This document shows, piece after piece, positions 28,089-34,496 of a DNA stretch of 34,496 nucleotides. Position 1 is the first letter of the stretch. Each line of letters begins with the position of its first letter. This stretch comes from Tubiluchus corallicola (taxonomy: Eukaryota > Animalia > Priapulida): contig JAQGDQ010001124.1 in assembly GCA_030141605.1 (NCBI GenBank), forward strand, positions 1-34,496, given 5' to 3'. The translations under genes and the position numbers were made by a program. Below the pieces are notes generated by a model. That model saw only the letters and a list, made by a program, of their open reading frames with translations. It ran no database searches and was not told where the DNA came from.

Positions 28089-28230
28089 GTAGCGTACGCA
28101 TGCGTATGCGTTTTACGGAGTGCGGAATAGATAAAATAGGTTTATATTGTTTCCAATGCCGCCTGCGTACGCGCTATTCTTTTTCTGCAGCTATTCCGCA
28201 GGTGGAAACGCATACGCATGCGGATGCTAC
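28089..28230. mobile_element. Small hairpin/MITE with ~40-bp inverted arms
   Basis: gtagcgtacgcatgcgtatgcgttt..tgcggaatag pairs with ctattccgca..aaacgcatacgcatgcggatgctac. Confidence 0.7.
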
Positions 28231-28324
28231 GTAAATGCCACTTAAGTAGCATACATCCCTACGAACTACCAGAGCCTTACAACACCCAGTCAGGTAGACA
28301 AACAGAGAGAGAGAGAGAGAGAGG

Positions 28325-28559
28325 TGAAGCAGGCCGCTCAGACACACACAGATTCACACGGACGTCACTTACACATTCTCTTGTATACCTGTAATTTCAG
28401 ATACACTCAAACGTTTTCCAGATTATCACGCTTACTGTAAACATTTCGCGTTCCTTCATACTTTTGTGTTGTAGAATTCTCGCTTAATAAACTAGTTTAA
28501 TTTGACGAAGTGTTTTCTGGTTTTCTCTGCGAGCCTTCCGAGAGAAACAAAACACAACA
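28325..28559 (+). mobile_element. LTR-like repeat, 5'-truncated third copy abutting (GA)n
   Basis: Matches 7919-8040 directly and 8338-8572 as reverse complement; contains AATAAA and ends CACAACA. Confidence 0.75.
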
Positions 28560-28749
28560 AAAACGTATGTACATCACGGAATAAAATTTTACAAATAAGA
28601 AGGACTAATTAAAAGATTACGGGTAAAAGCGCAAAGAGCCAAGGCTATTTTACATGTGCCTGTCAAACGATAAATGATTATTAAGATTTACATCTTTTAA
28701 ACGTTTTTTAAAAAGTCTGCTACTCTGAGTACAGAACAAGAATTGTAGG

Positions 28750-30010
28750 AATGAATGGACGTCAAGCAGCATAAGTCGTATCAGGGCTTATTGTTATCTA
28801 GCAAACGCTGAGCTACTTACATGTGATAACTAAACAGATTAGTAAGAGTTGTGAAGGCAAACAGCTGTGCGATCATTAGAAGTATCGATCATTGCATTGT
28901 ACTATAAGGTGGCCATTAACTGCAGAAATGCATAGCTGCATATTCAAATTCACGTAAAAAAGTCAAAGAAAAAAGCCACAAGAAAAAAGACACGGGAAAA
29001 AGGGCACGGAAAAAGGCACAAGAAAAAGGCACAGGAAAAAGGCACAAGAAAAACGCCACAAGAAAAAGGCACAAGAAAAAGGCACAGGGAAAAGCCACAA
29101 GAAAAAAAGGCACAGGAAAAAGCCACAAGAAAAAGGCACAGGAAAAAGCCACAAGAAAAAGGCACAGGGAAAAGCCACAAGAAAAAAAGGCACAGGGAAA
29201 AGCCACAAGAAAAAAAGGCACAGGGAGAAGCCACAAGAAAAAAAGGCACAGGAAAAAGCCACAAAAAAATGCACAGGAAAAAACCACAAGAAAAAGACAC
29301 AGGAAAAAGCCACAAGAAAAACACAGGAAAAAGCCACAAGAAAAACACAGGAAAAAGCCACACGAAAAAAGGCACAGGAAAAAGCCACAAGAAAAACACA
29401 GGAAAAAGCCACACGAAAAAAGGCACAGGAAAAAGCCACAAGAAAAATGCACAGGAAAAAACCACAAGAGAAAGGCACAGGAAAAAGCCACACGAAAAAA
29501 GGCACAGGAAAAAGCCACAAGAAAAAAGGCACAGGAAAAAACCACAAGAAAAAGACACAGGAAAAAGCCACAAGAAAAACACAGGAAAAAGCCACAAGAA
29601 AAACACAGGAAAAAGCCACACGAAAAAAGGCACAGGAAAAAGCCACAAGAAAAACACAGGAAAAAGCCACAAGAAAAAAAATCACAAAAGCCACAAGAAA
29701 AAAGGCACAGGAAAAGGCCACACGAAAAAAGGCACAAAAAAAACCACAAGAAAAAGACACAGGAAAAAGCCACAAGAAAAACACAGGAAAAAGCCACAAG
29801 AAAAACACAGGAAAAAGCCACACGAAAAAAGGCACAGGAAAAAGCCACAAGAAAAAGGCACAGGAAAAAGCCACACGAAAAAAGGCACAGGAAAAAGCCA
29901 CAAGAAAAACACAGGAAAAAGCCACAAGAAAAACACAGGAAAAAGCCACAAGAAAAACACAGGAAAAAGCCACAAGAAAAAAAATCACAGAAGCCACAAG
30001 AAAAAAAACA
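28750..30010 (+). repeat. ~205-bp module followed by a ~1-kb array of 12-15-bp A-rich units (GGCACAGGAAAAA/GCCACAAGAAAAA); third, more diverged member of the family at 24170-24811 and 33877-34496
   Basis: aatgaatggacgtcaagcagc...gctgcatattcaaat matches 33877-34074. Confidence 0.93.
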
Positions 30011-30591
30011 GGAAAAATCGTCCCTTATAGCTGAAGTTGAGTCAGACCAATGTGTGCCTAGACCTGTACTTTCATCCATATTTTTATGGATTATTGCTAC
30101 ACATTCAGTGCAAACGGTATGTAGGAAGCTCCTTCAGTGATGCGAGATGTATGTGACTGCAGAAACAGAGCTGCTCGAAGGCTGAGCTTGCGAAAAATTG
30201 AAGTTAAAAATCGATCAATTTCGCTTTGACCATAAGGTTCCCTATATGCGAGGTAATTTACTTGAGTTTCCTTTACTCGGGACCTGAAGGTATCGTCCCT
30301 TATAACTGAAAGTCCCTTACATTCGAGTACCTTATATACGAAGGTTTTTACATAAGAAAAACGTTACGAAGAATCGAGACCGGTGTTGGTGGTCCTTTAT
30401 AAGCGAATGTCTCCTATAAGCGAGTACCTTATAATCGAGTACCTTATATACGAAGATTTTTACATAGGAAAAACGTTACGAAAAATTGGGACCGGTGTTG
30501 GTTGTCCTTTATAAGCAAATGTCCCTTATAAGCGAGTACCTTATAAGCGAGTTTCCCTTATAAGCGAGTACGTTATACCCGAGGTTGACTG
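30009..30591 (-). mobile_element. pogo/Tigger-like MITE, second copy in opposite orientation; one TIR lost, internal ~110-bp duplication
   Basis: Reverse complement of 13097-13537; ends CGAGGTTGACTG|TA at 30591; several ccttataagcgagta subrepeats. Confidence 0.85.
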
Positions 30592-31429
30592 TATATGAAC
30601 AGCTGGACGAAAACAAAGCATATCAGTGCGATACAGTAACCTTATGACCAAACTTCTGAAGTGCAGACTTGTACTATCACGAATGACGATGACGTCACGA
30701 CTTTCGTGGTTCAATACACGCGTTTTCAGAGTCGAGTAAACGTCTCACTGCTCGCGAAACACGGTGAGTAATAGAATAACCAGACAGAATCGTATCAAGC
30801 TAACAGAAAATGATGCACGGACCCGAAAGTTCGTTTGTTATAGTTGAATCATTTTAATTCTAATTATTTAATTTTTTATAATCTTTTATTTAAAAAGCTA
30901 GAACAAATCTTAAAGCACAAGAAAATCCTTCATAAACATAAAGCTTGAAAAATTCGTTTTGGAATTTTATATCACTTACATACTGCCTTTTTACATGCAG
31001 GACAGTCACACTGTATAAAACATGTAAATTTAAACTCCCGCGATGACCGTTAGACGCAGCCATTTTGACGACAAGTCATTTGAAACAAGTTTAGATAACA
31101 TTGTGTAAAGTTTGAAAAAATAATCACAGCATTCATGGCGCACAAGTCACTAACTAAATAAAATTTAAAGTTACTGTATCTTGTCAATAAGATTAAAAAT
31201 ACGTTTTCTGATTAGTGAGTGGTGCCCCCTGGAGGGTGAGTCAGCGACATTTCACCAATTGGCACGAACAGTTTAAATAATTAATAATTTTCTTTTCTAG
31301 TTACATAAGTCTTTCTAGTAGGTAAGCGAAAATCTAAGTAATATAGATTTGTACGGAAAGTTTTTTGAGACATAATTTAACATTGCCTTTTCTTCCCCTC
31401 ATTTACGTTTGGTACATGACGTCATGTAA

Positions 31430-31731
31430 TGACAACTAAAACATTAAGACTTAAGAATCACAGTTTATGGTAGCCTGCAAGAGGCAACTAAAATTTGTTG
31501 AACTCGTTTTTATCCATGTGAAATAAACAATTTAAATTTTAATCTAAAATCTTAAAACATTAAGACTTAAGAATCACCGTTTATAGTAGGCTGCAAGAGA
31601 GACAACTAAAATTTGTTGTACTCATTTTTATCTATGTGAAATAAACAATTTAAATTTAAATTTAAAATCTTAAATGTAAGCAAAAACATTAGGACTCAAG
31701 ACTTACTGTAGTATGCAAGACAGACAACTAA
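31430..31731. repeat. ~117-bp tandem duplication, about 2.5 copies
   Basis: aaacattaagacttaagaatcac at ~31439 and ~31555, with a degenerate partial copy at ~31684. Confidence 0.85.
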
Positions 31732-32080
31732 ACTACACTATGTATTTTCAAGCTCTTCACTAATTCTTAATCATTCGCTAAAGAACAGCAGCAGGTGTTT
31801 TTCTCCAAGAAACTGAATCGATCAAGAAATATTCTTTGAAAAATAAACCGATTTTCCCTACGGAGCTCGGCGACTCGTTACCGAACAGCGGGTTGTAATA
31901 AACGAAAAAGATTCCGTCGCTTTGTAGGTGATTTAGCTGAATTTTGCACAATTTTTTGCTGACAGAAACATGTGGCGCTAATGAGCCACCATAATATGCG
32001 GGCATCCATTTGTGCAGATAATGTCGTTAATTAATCTAGGTGTAGAATCTTGTAAGAAAGCTACTGAAAGAAGGTAAAGG

Positions 32081-32121
32081 TAGTGGTGGTGGTGGTGGCG
32101 GCGGGGGCGGCGGCGGCGGTG

Positions 32122-32157
<36 letters not shown>

Positions 32158-32242
32158 GAAGTAGTAGTGGCGGTGGTAGTAGCAGTAGTGGTAGTAGCAG
32201 TAGTGGTAGTAGTAGTAATAGTAGTAGTAGTAGTAGTAGTAA

Positions 32243-32306
<64 letters not shown>

Positions 32307-32414
32307 GGTAGTAGTAGTAGTAGTAGTAGTAGTAGTAATAGTAGTAGTAGTAGTAGTAGAAGTAGTAGTAGTAGTAGTAGAAGTAGTAGTAGTGGCGGTG
32401 GCGGTGACGATGGC

Positions 32415-32458
<44 letters not shown>

Positions 32459-32459
32459 C

Positions 32460-32509
<50 letters not shown>

Positions 32510-32558
32510 AAGTAGTAGTAGTAGTAGTAGAAGTAGTAGTAGTGGCGGTGGCGGTGGC

Positions 32559-32599
<41 letters not shown>

Positions 32600-34496
32600 C
32601 AGTAGTAGTAGTAGTAGTAGTGGTAGTAGCAGTGGTGGCGGTGGTGGTGGTGTCAGTAGCAGTAGTAGTAGTAGTGGTAGTGGTAGCAGCAGTATCTGTC
32701 AGTATGGCTTCTTGCAAATGTCAGTATGGCTTCAGACCGAATTAAAAGCTTGGCAAAAAAAATGCTCATAGGTCCAGTTGCCTTTGGAATTCGCAAAGTA
32801 CCAGAAAATTTTGTACCTAAAAAGACTACCTATTAAGTACAATGCTGCCTGCTTCGAGAAATGATTTAATGAATACCCGTCATCACAAACAAACTCACTA
32901 AAGATGTAGTCGCATTTTCAATTTTCTACTGCAAGCCTATAACACCTTTACTAGAATGCTTTGTTTCGGGTTACTTGTACAAAGAAAAGCAATGACTAAT
33001 TTTTATGTGTAATCCAATTACGTAGTACATACCACGTTAAAGAAAAACCGACCCAATCTTGTACTATATTTACAATTTTTCAAGGATGACTTACGTAAAA
33101 GAATTATTACTACAGAAACATAATTTCGCATTTATGCGGCTGGTTTTTCACTGTCACATGCATTTCACCATCCGCTTACGTTTCAGTTTAGTTGTTCAGT
33201 TGTGACGTAGTGCACACATTCACGAGGTTCACGCGCGAGCGTAGCCATAAATTTGAAGTTTTAATTTTAAACTTAAAATATGCCAGGTTTTGTATATAAC
33301 ACTTGATGGTGTACATTGTATTTCAATTTTTCCCTTCGCTAATCTGCGCAGCATGCTTGCGGAAATATTCGTGCTGTTGAAAATAATGTTCAGACATGAC
33401 GTCATCACTAGCTGAGGTCCTGGGCCACTAATTAAGTTTTTCACATATTATTTAATTGCCGGGAATGCTTCCGATGACATTATTATGGGTGTTAAATTGT
33501 ATATTTTTATCATACTTCAAAATAAGGCAGGATGTGAAAAATTATCCTGCGTTCCTTTCAAGCATCTTGTTGCTTCCTAGTTGTAAGTTGTAAAGAAAGC
33601 AATACACTACGAGTACCTTATCATAATTCCGTACAGCGAATTTATTAAAACTGATAATTCATTTTTTCTAAAGTGTCATTCGACTCACTCATAACACTAC
33701 TGCCGTAATACTGTATAAATCAGAATTGTTCTGTGTGTTTCATTTTAATAAATTCAATTTTTCTATGAGCTACTGATGTAGTGTGCGCGATGCTTGTAAG
33801 AAAACAATAGTTATACGGTTACGTATCTAGGCAAGTGCTCTGGGGATAGCTCGGAGATACTCTGAGCACTGAGCAATGAATGGATGTCAAGCAGCATAAG
33901 TCGTATCAGGGCTTACTGTTATCCAGCAAACGCTGAGCTACCTACACGTGATAACTAAACAGATTAGTAAGAGTTGTGAAGGCAAACAGCTGTATGATCA
34001 TTAGAAGTATCGATCATCGCATTGTACGATAAGGTGGCCATTAAATGCAAAAATACATGGCTGCATATTCAAATCCAAGTAAAAAAGTCACAGAAAAAGG
34101 CACAAGAAAAAAGAAAAAAGCCAAAAAAGTCACAGAAAAAAGCCATAAGAAAAAGTCACAGAAAAAGTCACAATAAAAAGTCACAGAAAAACGCACAGTC
34201 AAAAAGTCACAAGAAAAAAGGCACAAGAAAAAAGTCACAGTTAAAAAGGCACAAGAAAAAAGGCACAAGAAAAAAGGCACAAGCAAAAAGGCACAAGAAA
34301 AAAGTCACAGAAAAAGGCACAAGAAAAAGGCACAGAAAAAAGGCACAAGAAAAAGTCACAGAAAAAAGGCACAAGCAAAAAGTCTCAGGAAAAAAAGCAC
34401 AGGTGAAAAGGTACAGAAAAAGTCACAGGTAAAAAGGTACAGGAAAAGGGCACAGGAAAAAGTCACAGGAAAAAGTCACATGAAAAAGCCACAAGA
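32081..34496 (+). repeat. Right arm of the inverted duplication: (TAG/TGG)n microsatellite (32081-32691), core (32692-34080), A-rich array running off the window end
   Basis: Reverse complement of the left arm. Confidence 0.96.

Noticed and set aside
28916-30079. Lys-rich histone H1/protamine-like or Phe/Cys-rich ORFs (also 24015-24665, 34022-34432)
   Set aside because: Stop-poor 12-15-bp tandem array with variable unit length, open in several frames on both strands
31778-32005. 75-aa minus-strand ORF, and an overlapping frame starting MDARILWWLISATCFCQ
   Set aside because: No recognisable domain, no clear splice sites or partner exons; compatible with chance
1-34496. tRNA, rRNA or snRNA genes
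   Set aside because: No cloverleaf, A/B-box pair or rRNA/snRNA signature recognised by eye; a tRNAscan-SE/Infernal run is needed to exclude them formally

Overview
AT-rich, repeat-dense animal (probably invertebrate) nuclear DNA; nothing prokaryotic. The one confidently identified gene is a complete minus-strand SLC35B4 nucleotide-sugar transporter (CDS 20309->6302). Its 10 coding exons (77+114+103+132+58+110+76+76+146+101 = 993 nt) splice in frame to a 330-aa protein ending in KKTD. Intron 8 (7613-10296) is a minor-spliceosome (U12-type) GT-AG intron, and it contains two head-to-head LTR-like copies that could fold into a ~255-bp RNA duplex. Two candidate plus-strand exons (813-942, 2957-3018) look like the 3' end of an unidentified convergent gene. 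The right third holds a very recent inverted duplication, with arms at ~24170-26827 and 32081->34496 and a 1.39-kb core with no net indel. The rest is MITEs (piggyBac-, pogo/Tigger-, hAT- and Kolobok-like), LINE 3' ends, minisatellites (72, ~89, 28, 47, 23/24, 85, ~13 and ~117 bp units) and microsatellites. These repeats explain almost all long ORFs in the supplied track. I found no demonstrably new biological system; the best leads are RNA-structure/splicing configurations and the inverted duplication.
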